This document shows positions 18,767-27,466 of a stretch of DNA of 64,000 nucleotides, one piece after another; the first letter of the stretch is position 1; the number at the start of each line of letters is the position of its first letter. The notes beneath the pieces were generated by a model. It was given only the letters and a program-made list of their open reading frames with translations. It had not been told where the DNA came from and did no database searches. The stretch lies in IMG/VR virus record IMGVR_UViG_3300026487_000001. The stretch is one strand, 5' to 3'. The position numbers and the translations under genes were made by a program. This DNA comes from a virus.

Positions 18767-19281
18767 TGCAGTTGCAAAACACACCGCAGCATAAACCGGG
18801 CAGTATCGAAGTGTCCCAAATGCTGCGTCAAGCCCTTAAGGAGAAGGGCTTTATTCTCACACCGCATCCTGATATGCGTGATGTTCACACGAAGATGGAT
18901 CTCAGACTGAACATCAACCTTTGTGGTGCTGCGACAAGTATCGTTGACGCGACATATGAGACATATGATCTGGAAAGTGATAACCCAGACGAGCCTCTGT
19001 CCATGCTGAAAGAGGTATTCGGCAATACGATTGTGTTGGTTGCATATGACTATGTTGAGCCTGTACATCTCACACCAACCAGCCCTGCGTCTGCATTCAT
19101 CTATCGCGGTTGTATTATTCATCGCGGTCGCGTCGAGCAGGAAGCGCCAAATATTCAAACAATCTATCTCGCAATGAAGGGCCAGTTCCCAAACATCCCT
19201 GCATATAGCGAGCTAACCTCAGAGCAGAAGACAATGATTACAAATCATATCGGTATGCTCGTCAACTACATTGAGGAATAG
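18766..19281 (+). CDS. Hypothetical protein
   Basis: 171-aa ORF, TAATG overlap. Confidence 0.65.
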   Translation: MQLQNTPQHKPGSIEVSQMLRQALKEKGFILTPHPDMRDVHTKMDLRLNINLCGAATSIVDATYETYDLESDNPDEPLSMLKEVFGNTIVLVAYDYVEPVHLTPTSPASAFIYRGCIIHRGRVEQEAPNIQTIYLAMKGQFPNIPAYSELTSEQKTMITNHIGMLVNYIEE

Positions 19282-19282
19282 C

Positions 19283-19756
19283 ATGTTCTCAGATCCGATT
19301 TTCAAACTGATTACTGACACGCTGCGCGCCAACGACAAGATCATCTATGATGGTCAGTACGACGTTGAAGGCGGCGAAACGTTCCGTGTAACATTCGTTG
19401 CTAAATCTCCTGCACCGGACAACAAGGCAGATATTGATCTGTCTGAGGTGTTTGCGCAATTCCCTGACGGCATAGCGATTCAGCGTATCGCAAACATCGA
19501 GCACACCAAAGTTCGTAACCCTGTTGGCGGGCCTGGCGGTCGTATCGTGGAGGAGTATCGCGGCACCTTCCTGTTAACTGTCACCAAAGCCAACTGGATG
19601 AAAGGAGAACTCGGCACGATTGAAAGCGTCCATCTGAGTACAGGCGAAGACGCCTCGTTAGAGGATATCCTCCAGCGCTATCGCAAGCTGCCTCAAAACA
19701 AACAACGTCAATTCCTGACCAGTGCGCGTTTACTGCTTAAGGGTCTCGCTCTCTAA
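19283..19756 (+). CDS. Hypothetical protein
   Basis: ATG at 19283 preceded by GAGGA. The track ORF start (19271) is a non-ATG extension. Confidence 0.65.
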   Translation: MFSDPIFKLITDTLRANDKIIYDGQYDVEGGETFRVTFVAKSPAPDNKADIDLSEVFAQFPDGIAIQRIANIEHTKVRNPVGGPGGRIVEEYRGTFLLTVTKANWMKGELGTIESVHLSTGEDASLEDILQRYRKLPQNKQRQFLTSARLLLKGLAL

Positions 19757-19794
19757 TTTATAGACTGTCTCTTTTGAAGCTATAAGGAGTTTAA

Positions 19795-20118
19795 ATGAAA
19801 GAGCGTTTACCGCACACTCTCGATATGGATATGTTGAGAAGTGAAGCAGCCCGCCTGTCGATGAACGTTAGCCTGTGGAACCAAGGCGATGAAGAACCGA
19901 CGAGTGAAGTAATGGTCCTCACTCTCGATTATTCTAACTTTGTGCATAGCGTGTCTGTCATGTCCAACCTGTTAATGGTGATGCGTGATAAACTCGAATG
20001 CACGAACGTCTGGCTTGTGTCTCATGAATGCCTACCGCATCCTGAACACAAAGATCACACGCGCATTAATGTGACAGTCTTCCCACGCACCATTAAGGAA
20101 CTATGCAATGCGTCTTGA
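19795..20118 (+). CDS. Hypothetical protein
   Basis: 107-aa ORF, TAAGGAG RBS. Confidence 0.65.
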   Translation: MKERLPHTLDMDMLRSEAARLSMNVSLWNQGDEEPTSEVMVLTLDYSNFVHSVSVMSNLLMVMRDKLECTNVWLVSHECLPHPEHKDHTRINVTVFPRTIKELCNAS

Positions 20119-20479
20119 TCAATTGCAGCGTTACATGAACGAGCACGGCATTCCACGCGCTGTCGCTCTGCACATGGGACTTAAACATCTCGACTGGATT
20201 TCCAAAGATACTGACATGCAGGCCGAACACTGGCAGAAGCATTCGTATTCGTGGGAAGTTCCAGAAGGTCCGTTTGATTTGGATAACTGGGCTATCAGCA
20301 TTGCTGACGCGCTCAAGTTGGAAGAAGCGTTCACTATCTATGACCCAACACTGGGTGAAGGTAGTACGGGCATCCTGATGTTCTATGGATATCGCTTCCA
20401 CAACAACCCTGAAGCTGCCTCTGGTTGGAACGTGGTGTTCTTGTACACCTACGTCGATCCAGAAATGCCACTGATGTAA
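20108..20479 (+). CDS. Hypothetical protein
   Basis: 123-aa ORF overlapping the upstream gene by 11 nt. Confidence 0.6.
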   Translation: MRLDQLQRYMNEHGIPRAVALHMGLKHLDWISKDTDMQAEHWQKHSYSWEVPEGPFDLDNWAISIADALKLEEAFTIYDPTLGEGSTGILMFYGYRFHNNPEAASGWNVVFLYTYVDPEMPLM

Positions 20480-20494
20480 TAATAGGAGAACACC

Positions 20495-20842
20495 ATGGAA
20501 TTTAGAACCGAGTATAATCTGACGCTCACTACTGCTGTTGGGCGGGCGTTAGTGAAAGCATTAGTGGAGTATCATGAGACAGTTCTTGGTACTGCAACTA
20601 CGCCCGGCAATCTGCCGACTGTGTTCGAGGTTCCTGGTGTTCTTCGTATTGACAATCTGGTGGTGATTGAGAGTCACACCTATGAATCTGTGCCCAATCC
20701 TGCTCATGCAGTCTTACCCCACGAAAGACCTGAGCATTTGCAGAAATACGCCTATCGCCACGACCCACGCGAAACAGCCTTGCGTGATGATCGTGCTCTG
20801 AATATCAGATTCGTTGTTTGGCAGCGCAGCCCAAATCTGTAA
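20495..20842 (+). CDS. Hypothetical protein
   Basis: 115-aa ORF, TAGGAG RBS. Confidence 0.65.
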   Translation: MEFRTEYNLTLTTAVGRALVKALVEYHETVLGTATTPGNLPTVFEVPGVLRIDNLVVIESHTYESVPNPAHAVLPHERPEHLQKYAYRHDPRETALRDDRALNIRFVVWQRSPNL

Positions 20843-20845
20843 ATA
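20837..20845 (+). promoter_or_regulatory. CTGTAAATA motif copy
   Basis: Exact 9-mer spanning the TAA stop of the preceding gene, 25 nt upstream of the GTG at 20871. Confidence 0.45.
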
Positions 20846-20870
20846 CCTGACATGAACAACGGAGGGTATT

Positions 20871-21491
20871 GTGTTAACATTCGATTTCGAACCTGCTGCG
20901 GCAAAGCAAATGCAAACGCTGGGTGTAGATCCCCAGCTACTGTTTGGCAAGCGTGAGACTTTTGATGTAGTTGAAGCTGCGCAGGACTATAAGCCAATGT
21001 CGCCTTACTTCAAAGGTCGTGTTGTCTCCAAAGCCAAACAGCTTACTCACCTTGCGAAGATGATTCAGAATCCGTTTGAGTCTGACCCGCGTATCACGGT
21101 GATTAGCAGTTTCCCGAATGACTATCGAGCGAAAATGGCAGCGTTGAATATCTTTAATGCTGCGGTAGAAGACAGCGTAGAGACAGCGCTCAAGCCTCGC
21201 TGGGTAACGTTGTACGGTGATCGCTTCGACTATGAACAACTCAAAAGCAAGCGACCATCATTGTTAGTGTTGACCAACGTAACGATGGACAGCACCAGCT
21301 ATAAGATTGAACGACTGCGAGACATCCTTGAGATGTTCCCGAAGATACCTCGAATCGTAGTGACAGGCGGTGGGCCTGACCCACTCGAACTGTTTACGAA
21401 ACGTATTCACCTGCAGGCGCACACTGGTATCTCTATCGGTCCTGCGCATGTGGTTTCAAATGTTCTCGAACTGATGACTTCTTCTCTTTAA
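20871..21491 (+). CDS. Hypothetical protein
   Basis: 206-aa ORF, GTG start with GGAGGG RBS. Confidence 0.65.
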   Translation: MLTFDFEPAAAKQMQTLGVDPQLLFGKRETFDVVEAAQDYKPMSPYFKGRVVSKAKQLTHLAKMIQNPFESDPRITVISSFPNDYRAKMAALNIFNAAVEDSVETALKPRWVTLYGDRFDYEQLKSKRPSLLVLTNVTMDSTSYKIERLRDILEMFPKIPRIVVTGGGPDPLELFTKRIHLQAHTGISIGPAHVVSNVLELMTSSL

Positions 21492-21500
21492 GGAAAAACA

Positions 21501-21695
21501 ATGTTGCTGAATGAACTGAATGCGCTGCTGGCCAAACACCGTGACGAACTTAAACTGCCCAGCTTTCGCGCTGAGGTGTCTTCGTCAGGTAACAACTTGC
21601 AGTGGTTGCACAAGAACTTAAAACGCAACCCTCAGTGCCCGCCGCGCATTGCAGAGCTGGTGGCTAAACCAATCTCGGAGCTTACTCGCCCATGA
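21501..21695 (+). CDS. Hypothetical small protein
   Basis: 64-aa ORF, TAAGGA RBS. Confidence 0.55.
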   Translation: MLLNELNALLAKHRDELKLPSFRAEVSSSGNNLQWLHKNLKRNPQCPPRIAELVAKPISELTRP

Positions 21696-22558
21696 CAAAT
21701 ACTCAGTTGATGGTTATCCCTCAACTTCCAGCACTGTTAGCTCAGTCCACTGAATTGGTGGACACACAGGAACTGGCGCAGTTTGAAGAGGAAGGCGGCG
21801 AAACGCTTGAAGAAGTCCTCGAAGAAGTAGCCGCACTCGAACTCCGCTACAGTGCTGATTGTGAACGCGTTACCAAAGTAATCGACAAGCTGAACAAAAA
21901 CAACAAGCCGATTATTATGGAGATTGAGCGACTCAACGCCGAACTCCAGGCCATCATTATCAACATGGCAGAGTCTGACGACCTCGAAGACAAAGCGAAT
22001 GCAGAAGACTTGCAGAAGCTGGTGGACGATAACTTCGAAGAAGACACTGACCACGAAGTGCGTGATAACGAAGGTGATGCAGACCAGCAGGCCGATCATG
22101 AGAAGTGGTCCCGTGCCGTCCTCGCTAAGAAGTGTAAGGCAATCTACAAAGCTATTGCACGTATGACGCACCCAGATAAGTGCCGCCGTATGCCTCAGGA
22201 GGAACAGCTTCGGCGCCGCGAATTGTTCCTGAACGCAAAGCTGGCTTTGGCTCGTTTGGACTATGAGGGTTTAGATGCAATTCACATTGAACTTGCTTCA
22301 AAATCTCACGATCCACTTAATTTAATTCAGCGTTTGTTACGTGCCCGCGAGCGTCGTGAAATTCTTTACCGTAAAATGGAAGCACTGCGCCAATCGAATG
22401 AATGGCAATTGTTTACTGTAGCATTCCATCACGGTGTGAACATTGCCGACGAACACTATCGCGATCACTTAGAACGGACGCTGGAGGGCTTGCGCCAGAT
22501 GGTTGCACATGCTCGCGCTGCCCAAACTGGAAACAATTCTAACAACCACTGGGTTTAG
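21692..22558 (+). CDS. J-domain (DnaJ-like) protein with acidic N-terminal region
   Basis: KAIYKAIARMTHPDKCRRM with the HPD tripeptide (22169-22177). ATGA overlap with the upstream gene. Confidence 0.65.
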   Translation: MTNTQLMVIPQLPALLAQSTELVDTQELAQFEEEGGETLEEVLEEVAALELRYSADCERVTKVIDKLNKNNKPIIMEIERLNAELQAIIINMAESDDLEDKANAEDLQKLVDDNFEEDTDHEVRDNEGDADQQADHEKWSRAVLAKKCKAIYKAIARMTHPDKCRRMPQEEQLRRRELFLNAKLALARLDYEGLDAIHIELASKSHDPLNLIQRLLRARERREILYRKMEALRQSNEWQLFTVAFHHGVNIADEHYRDHLERTLEGLRQMVAHARAAQTGNNSNNHWV

Positions 22559-22560
22559 TC

Positions 22561-23646
22561 ATGACTACACTTGTTGTCTATCATCAAGGATGTGCTGATG
22601 GCAGTTTCGCTGCGGCCATCACAGCACTTGCGTATTCCAATGATACGCTTCACTTCTATCCTGCTGTCTATGCAGAAAACCAAGGCGATATTGTTGACGC
22701 TAATGGTGTACTGCTGCAAGACCTGCCTGGTCTTGAGGGCATCAAGGATGATAAAGGTGAGTTCATCAAAGATCCCAAAGGTTACACCCGCGTTGTCGTA
22801 GTTGATTTCTCTCTGACTGAAAAGCAGATGGCTATCTTCACTAAACGCTTCGGCGCTGGTGGCTTTAAAGTTCTCGACCACCACGATGTTCGTGACCAAG
22901 AGAAGTATGCTGCCGAATGTGCTGCGCTCGACGTTTCTCCTGTGTCTCTGACGTTTGCTTCCGGCGGTAGCGGCGCACTGCTTGCCTACATGGCGCATGT
23001 CGGTGAGTTCCAGCAGCATCAATACTCCTGCACAGGCAACATCATCCGCTGTGCCCAACTGGTGTCTGACCGCGATCTGTGGATTCGTACTAACAAACGC
23101 GCATTCGCTTTCTACGAAGGTTATTCTAAGGACGTGTTTAGCGACGTTGAGAAGTGTGGTATCATCTACACCGATATGCCGCCCACCGTGCGCAAGGCAT
23201 ATAAGATTATCCTGTCTGGTGATATTGAGCAGATTATCAAACAGGGTGAAGCTGCAATCTCTGACCGTGATGCGAAGATTCGCCGCATGATCGACGAGAA
23301 CAGCAACTTCTCTGAGCCTAACGAGCTGGTCGGTGTTAAACATGCAGTTGTGCCTTGCGATAAGAACATCGCGTCTGAAACTGGCGCACACGTCTACGAA
23401 AACTATCCGCACTTCCAAACAGTGCTGCTGGTGCGTAAAGGTCACCGCGACCCGGACCGTGTGTATGTTAGCTGCCGTTCTCAAGGATATCCGGAAGGCC
23501 ACAAAGGCAGTGCTCGCTACATTGCGCGTACTCGTGGCGGTGACGGGCATCCAAGTGCCGCAGGTTTCAATATGCCTCTGACGGAGTTTAATGAACTCTA
23601 TCCGGGACTGAAATTGGACTTCGATTCCGTAGGTTGCGATTGTTAA
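22561..23646 (+). CDS. DHH/DHHA1-family phosphoesterase (NrnA/RecJ-like)
   Basis: HQGCADGSFAAA (motif I), VVVDFS (II), VLDHHD (III, DHH at 22876-22884), GGDGHPSAAGF (DHHA1 GGGH..AAG). Confidence 0.75.
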   Translation: MTTLVVYHQGCADGSFAAAITALAYSNDTLHFYPAVYAENQGDIVDANGVLLQDLPGLEGIKDDKGEFIKDPKGYTRVVVVDFSLTEKQMAIFTKRFGAGGFKVLDHHDVRDQEKYAAECAALDVSPVSLTFASGGSGALLAYMAHVGEFQQHQYSCTGNIIRCAQLVSDRDLWIRTNKRAFAFYEGYSKDVFSDVEKCGIIYTDMPPTVRKAYKIILSGDIEQIIKQGEAAISDRDAKIRRMIDENSNFSEPNELVGVKHAVVPCDKNIASETGAHVYENYPHFQTVLLVRKGHRDPDRVYVSCRSQGYPEGHKGSARYIARTRGGDGHPSAAGFNMPLTEFNELYPGLKLDFDSVGCDC

Positions 23647-23652
23647 AACAAA

Positions 23653-23676
23653 GGGGTGGCTTCGGCTGCCCCTTTT
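23653..23676 (+). terminator. Intrinsic terminator
   Basis: GGGGTGGC-TTCG-GCTGCCCC (two G.U) + TTTT + GCGTTTCT box. Confidence 0.75.
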
Positions 23677-23698
23677 GCGTTTCTAGTCTCTTATACGA

Positions 23699-23706
23699 TA
23701 ATTTCA
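23699..23706 (+). promoter_or_regulatory. TAATTTCA motif copy (candidate late promoter element)
   Basis: Exact 8-mer in an intergenic gap, 24 nt upstream of the sheath-paralog ATG. Confidence 0.45.
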
Positions 23707-23730
23707 GACAGTCATATAAGGAGACAAATC

Positions 23731-25407
23731 ATGCCCGTTAACTCAACGCATTCCTCTGCTGGTGTTTATACTGGTGTACGGGATCTCTCCGTTGGTGCAA
23801 CGTCTTTATCTACGGCAGTAGTAGGCATTGTTGGTCAGGCTCGTCGCGGCCCTGTAAACCAGCGTGTTGATGTGCGTAATAAAGATGATTTGAAAAACAT
23901 CTTCGGTGCAAAAGATCCCAAGTATGGCCTCGGCCTGTATCTCGCGCTGCCTGTTGCTAAACAGACTAACCAGCTCAAATTCGTCCGTATCACTAAGAAC
24001 GCAAAATACGCGGTCGGTGTGGTTACTGTCGATGACGCGTCTGCTGTTCAGCCTGTAGTGCGTATCACCCCATACACCGATCAAGATGGTAACATCGTCG
24101 GTGTAGATTCTCCTGATCAGCTGGGCTTCCTGCCTACTGACCCGTTGAATGATAACATCATCGGTTACGTTATTCTGGAAAACCCAGGTGACTGGAACAA
24201 CCAGATGGCGTTACAGATTCGTCCGGCCTGTCCTAAGGGTCTCGACCCATTTGACGACCGTAAGTCGTATAACACGAAGCTGTTTTATATCGACGAGTAC
24301 GAGAACTATCAGAACGGCAGCAATCCGGTAAACTCTTACCAGTGCAGCCTGTATGATTATGCGGATGAGTTTGACCGCCAGTATCGTATCGATCACGCGA
24401 TGGAAAACGAAAGCTCCAACTTCCGCTTCGTGCGCAACCCGTACTTCACCACCGATATCGACTTCTTCACCACCGACTTCATCTTCTTCCAGGGCGGTGC
24501 TGACGGTGACACTTGTACTTCTGATGACTTTGCGAAAGCGTATCAGGAATACTTCGGTGACCCGGAAGAAGTTCGTGTGACGCTGCTGATTAGTCCTACT
24601 CAGGATTACATCATCCACCGCGGCATGAAAGCTGCGGCTGCTGCGCACGTTAACTGCTTCGTTATTTGTGGCATCCCGTCGTCCGAGCAGTCTGTGTCTA
24701 AAGCGATTCGTTATCGCCGTCAGACGTTGAACGTCAACGACACCAACATGGCTCTGTATACGCCTGATATCAAAATCTTCGACGAAGACACTGGCCGCTA
24801 TTTGTGGACTGCGTGTGTTGGTCAGATTTGTGCTGTGTTTGCCTACACGGATAACAACCGTGGTAGCTGGTTCGCACCTGCGGGTATCACTGCATCAGGT
24901 CCTCTCGACTTCCATGCTATCGCTCAGAAGTATGATCAGGACGACCGTGATGCAATGACGCGCGAGCAGGTCAACTACATCCGTAAGCTGCCTGATATTA
25001 TGGGCGGTGGCTATGCGGTGTGGGAAGCGAGCACTCAGTACAATCAGAACTCTGCTTTCCAGCAGATTCAGATTCAGCGTATGGTGGGCTACGTGCTTGA
25101 AGTCTGTCAGCGCACTTGCCGCGTTGGCCTGTTTGACCCGAACGATAGCATCCTGCGTGGCTATCTGAAAGGTATTGTCGAGAAGTTCCTCGAAGAAATC
25201 AAGCTGGCACGCGGTCTGCGTAGCGGTAGCTCCGGTTCTCAGGGCTATCAGGTTGTCTGTGACGAGAACAACAACACCAACCAGACTATCGCTAATGGCG
25301 ACCTGATTCTGGATATCGTGTTGGACCCGACGCGTACTACGAAGCGTCTGATCTATCGTTTCAACATCAACCCGACAGGCAGTACCTCCACAACTCTGAG
25401 TCAGTAA
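23731..25407 (+). CDS. Tail sheath-like protein, paralog 1 (outside the tail module)
   Basis: 558 aa from the ATG with TAAGGAG RBS. SSAGVYTGV, SWFAPAGITASGPLDF, YAVWEAST and LDIVLDPTRTTKRLIYRF mirror the motifs of the sheath at 53472. Confidence 0.7.
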   Translation: MPVNSTHSSAGVYTGVRDLSVGATSLSTAVVGIVGQARRGPVNQRVDVRNKDDLKNIFGAKDPKYGLGLYLALPVAKQTNQLKFVRITKNAKYAVGVVTVDDASAVQPVVRITPYTDQDGNIVGVDSPDQLGFLPTDPLNDNIIGYVILENPGDWNNQMALQIRPACPKGLDPFDDRKSYNTKLFYIDEYENYQNGSNPVNSYQCSLYDYADEFDRQYRIDHAMENESSNFRFVRNPYFTTDIDFFTTDFIFFQGGADGDTCTSDDFAKAYQEYFGDPEEVRVTLLISPTQDYIIHRGMKAAAAAHVNCFVICGIPSSEQSVSKAIRYRRQTLNVNDTNMALYTPDIKIFDEDTGRYLWTACVGQICAVFAYTDNNRGSWFAPAGITASGPLDFHAIAQKYDQDDRDAMTREQVNYIRKLPDIMGGGYAVWEASTQYNQNSAFQQIQIQRMVGYVLEVCQRTCRVGLFDPNDSILRGYLKGIVEKFLEEIKLARGLRSGSSGSQGYQVVCDENNNTNQTIANGDLILDIVLDPTRTTKRLIYRFNINPTGSTSTTLSQ

Positions 25408-25413
25408 TCAATG

Positions 25414-25438
25414 AGGAGGGCTTCGGTCCTCCTTTTTT
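25414..25438 (+). terminator. Intrinsic terminator
   Basis: AGGAGGGC-TTCG-GTCCTCCT hairpin + TTTTTT. Confidence 0.75.
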
Positions 25439-25454
25439 CGTATTGTGAGGTTCT

Positions 25455-26150
25455 ATGCTTACTTTGACCATTCAAGGTAACTTGGAATACTGCTTCTCGC
25501 TGCGTAATAAAGAACTGCGATTCTTAGTCGCAATGGATAATCCGCCTTTGCGTGGTACACTCCAGATTGAGAATGCAGCGGGTACAGTGCTCAAGAAACT
25601 TGACCTGCCTACTTCTGGAACGACTGCATATTTCGACTTCACTCTGCCTTTTGATACAGGCGAGCATGACCTTGTGGCTAAGGCGTATAACGTCAGCACC
25701 ACTCTCAATGCTACGTCGAACAAGGTTAGAGTGTCTGTGCCGTTCAGTGGTGAATATGGTCCTCGCTTTGGCATACACGATAAAGTGTTGTCGATTCAAG
25801 ACTACAACGATACCTTCTTCCGTTCTCTGACTACTATTCTCGGTGAATCGAGTCCTCAAACAATCACTTGCCCACCGAATGAATCTACGTCTGATAACAA
25901 CCGCTTCTTCTACGTCGCATGGCCAAAGCGTTTGCTCTATGGATATTTTCAAGAGACCGCGCAGGGATTCTCTGGATCATGGGATGGCGCTATGGAGTTC
26001 AATGACTTCAACTTCCAAGGCGCAGCGGAAGTCAGTCTCGGTGGCTTTGATTATGTTGTCTATCGCAATGACTTCCCGTTCGATAGCCTGGATTATATGT
26101 TCCGTATTAAATACGGTTCTACCAGTCCTAAGTCAGGCGACCCTGTATAA
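25455..26150 (+). CDS. Structural (fiber-associated?) protein. Its C-terminal ~130 aa are shared with the 1336-aa Ig-repeat protein
   Basis: 231 aa. C-terminus FFYVAWPKRLLYGYFQETAQGFSGSWDGAMEFNDFNFQGAAEV..YRNDFPFD is homologous to 31084-31473. Confidence 0.7.
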   Translation: MLTLTIQGNLEYCFSLRNKELRFLVAMDNPPLRGTLQIENAAGTVLKKLDLPTSGTTAYFDFTLPFDTGEHDLVAKAYNVSTTLNATSNKVRVSVPFSGEYGPRFGIHDKVLSIQDYNDTFFRSLTTILGESSPQTITCPPNESTSDNNRFFYVAWPKRLLYGYFQETAQGFSGSWDGAMEFNDFNFQGAAEVSLGGFDYVVYRNDFPFDSLDYMFRIKYGSTSPKSGDPV

Positions 26151-26184
26151 TTTTAACCACCGCTTCTGGTAAACGGAGAACACA

Positions 26185-26823
26185 ATGGAACTGAAACTTG
26201 AACAGTTCATCAGTAACGTTGAGTTGCTTACGAATATCCACCAGCAGAACAAAAACCCAATCATGTTCCGTCTGCCTAAAGATGGTTCGCAGTTAGGTCT
26301 GTTGTTCTACTGCTCGTATGCAGTTCCACGTTATGTAGTCCTTCCGATCAATGCGATCTGGATTGACTACGACCCTGAGTCGCCTACTTTCCGCACTGCG
26401 TTTAAGCGCACAACGAAAGACCTGGCTGACCCGTACAAAGATGTTTGGACTGCGCTGTACTTCTATGACGATGCCATGGGAGACCAGACGTATGACCCAA
26501 ACGATCTGAAAATCATCAACCAGACTCTGCCTCCGCTTGCTACTTCGATTACTCGTGGTATCGGCTATCTGTCGTACCCAGAGGCTGAGTCGCGCGTTGT
26601 GCTTGAGGGTGATGAAACGTTGTCTAACAATCGTGACCCGAAAGACCACACGCACCCTGAGAAGCCTGCTACTATGATCTCTATCAACGGTAGCTACGGT
26701 GAAGAACATGTGCCTATCAAAGACCAGCTGGTTCCTGCTGTGAATCAGGTTATGGTGCTTGAAGACAATACGCTTCAATGGCGTAAGGTGCGTGAATCTG
26801 AACTCGGCCAACCTACTGACTAA
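26185..26823 (+). CDS. Fiber-like protein, member 1 of a three-member N-domain family
   Basis: 212 aa. VLPINAIWIDYD... and GIGYLSYPEAES...NNRDPKDHTHPEKP are shared with 26834 and the N-terminus of 27463. Confidence 0.7.
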   Translation: MELKLEQFISNVELLTNIHQQNKNPIMFRLPKDGSQLGLLFYCSYAVPRYVVLPINAIWIDYDPESPTFRTAFKRTTKDLADPYKDVWTALYFYDDAMGDQTYDPNDLKIINQTLPPLATSITRGIGYLSYPEAESRVVLEGDETLSNNRDPKDHTHPEKPATMISINGSYGEEHVPIKDQLVPAVNQVMVLEDNTLQWRKVRESELGQPTD

Positions 26824-26833
26824 CGGAGCGGTT

Positions 26834-27466
26834 ATGACTACACTGAATGAAATCGCTGCTGCTCTGTTGGCTGTTACGGGCTTTATGGATGATACGTCGA
26901 AAGACCAAATCGTTCGTCAGATTAACCCGACACTCAACATCAGTTGTACGTTCATCACCGCCTCAGCCGAGCCTGTTGGTGTTGTGTTGCCGATGAACGT
27001 TGTGTGGCTTTGCATGGATGTGAACAGCGCGTTCTATCGCAAGTTCCTTGCACGTAAATCCAAAGAGCCTGCTGGTGGCTACAAAAATACGTGGGAAGAA
27101 GTGAAGAACTTCAACTCTCTGTGGGCTCCGCAGTATTATGATCCTGCTGACATTAGTGGTGGTAGCGATATTCCTAACGCGTCTGTTGACGAATACGGTA
27201 TTGCTCGCCTGACCACTGAGCCTGCTACTGTCGGTCGTCCTACGTTCGTGTCTGTCTCTGACCCACGTAACACCGATAAGCGCACACCACTGCCTCACGA
27301 TGAAATGCACGCCGAGAAGCCTCTGGTCGAAGTGAAGACCGTGCAGGACAAAGTGAACATGGACGCAGACGTAGGCGACAATGGTTCTACCTTCATCGCT
27401 GATACGTCCGTGAAAGCATCATACGGCCATCTGATTGCGACCGACATTCTGGAGAATAATGAATGA
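26834..27466 (+). CDS. Fiber-like protein, member 2 of the N-domain family
   Basis: ATG at 26834 with GGAG RBS. VLPMNVVWLCMD..., YGIARLTTEPAT...SDPRNTDKRTPLPHDEMHAEKP. Confidence 0.7.
   Translation: MTTLNEIAAALLAVTGFMDDTSKDQIVRQINPTLNISCTFITASAEPVGVVLPMNVVWLCMDVNSAFYRKFLARKSKEPAGGYKNTWEEVKNFNSLWAPQYYDPADISGGSDIPNASVDEYGIARLTTEPATVGRPTFVSVSDPRNTDKRTPLPHDEMHAEKPLVEVKTVQDKVNMDADVGDNGSTFIADTSVKASYGHLIATDILENNE

Noticed and set aside
23656-23730. N-terminal extension of the sheath-paralog ORF given in the track (start 23656).
   Set aside because: The extension begins inside the terminator hairpin 23653-23672 at a non-ATG codon. A canonical TAAGGAG-N6-ATG start exists at 23731.
23852-23860. Near-match CTGTAAACC to the early motif, inside the sheath-paralog gene.
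   Set aside because: The match is imperfect (the last two positions differ from CTGTAAATA). It lies deep inside a late gene with no downstream start, so it is consistent with chance.
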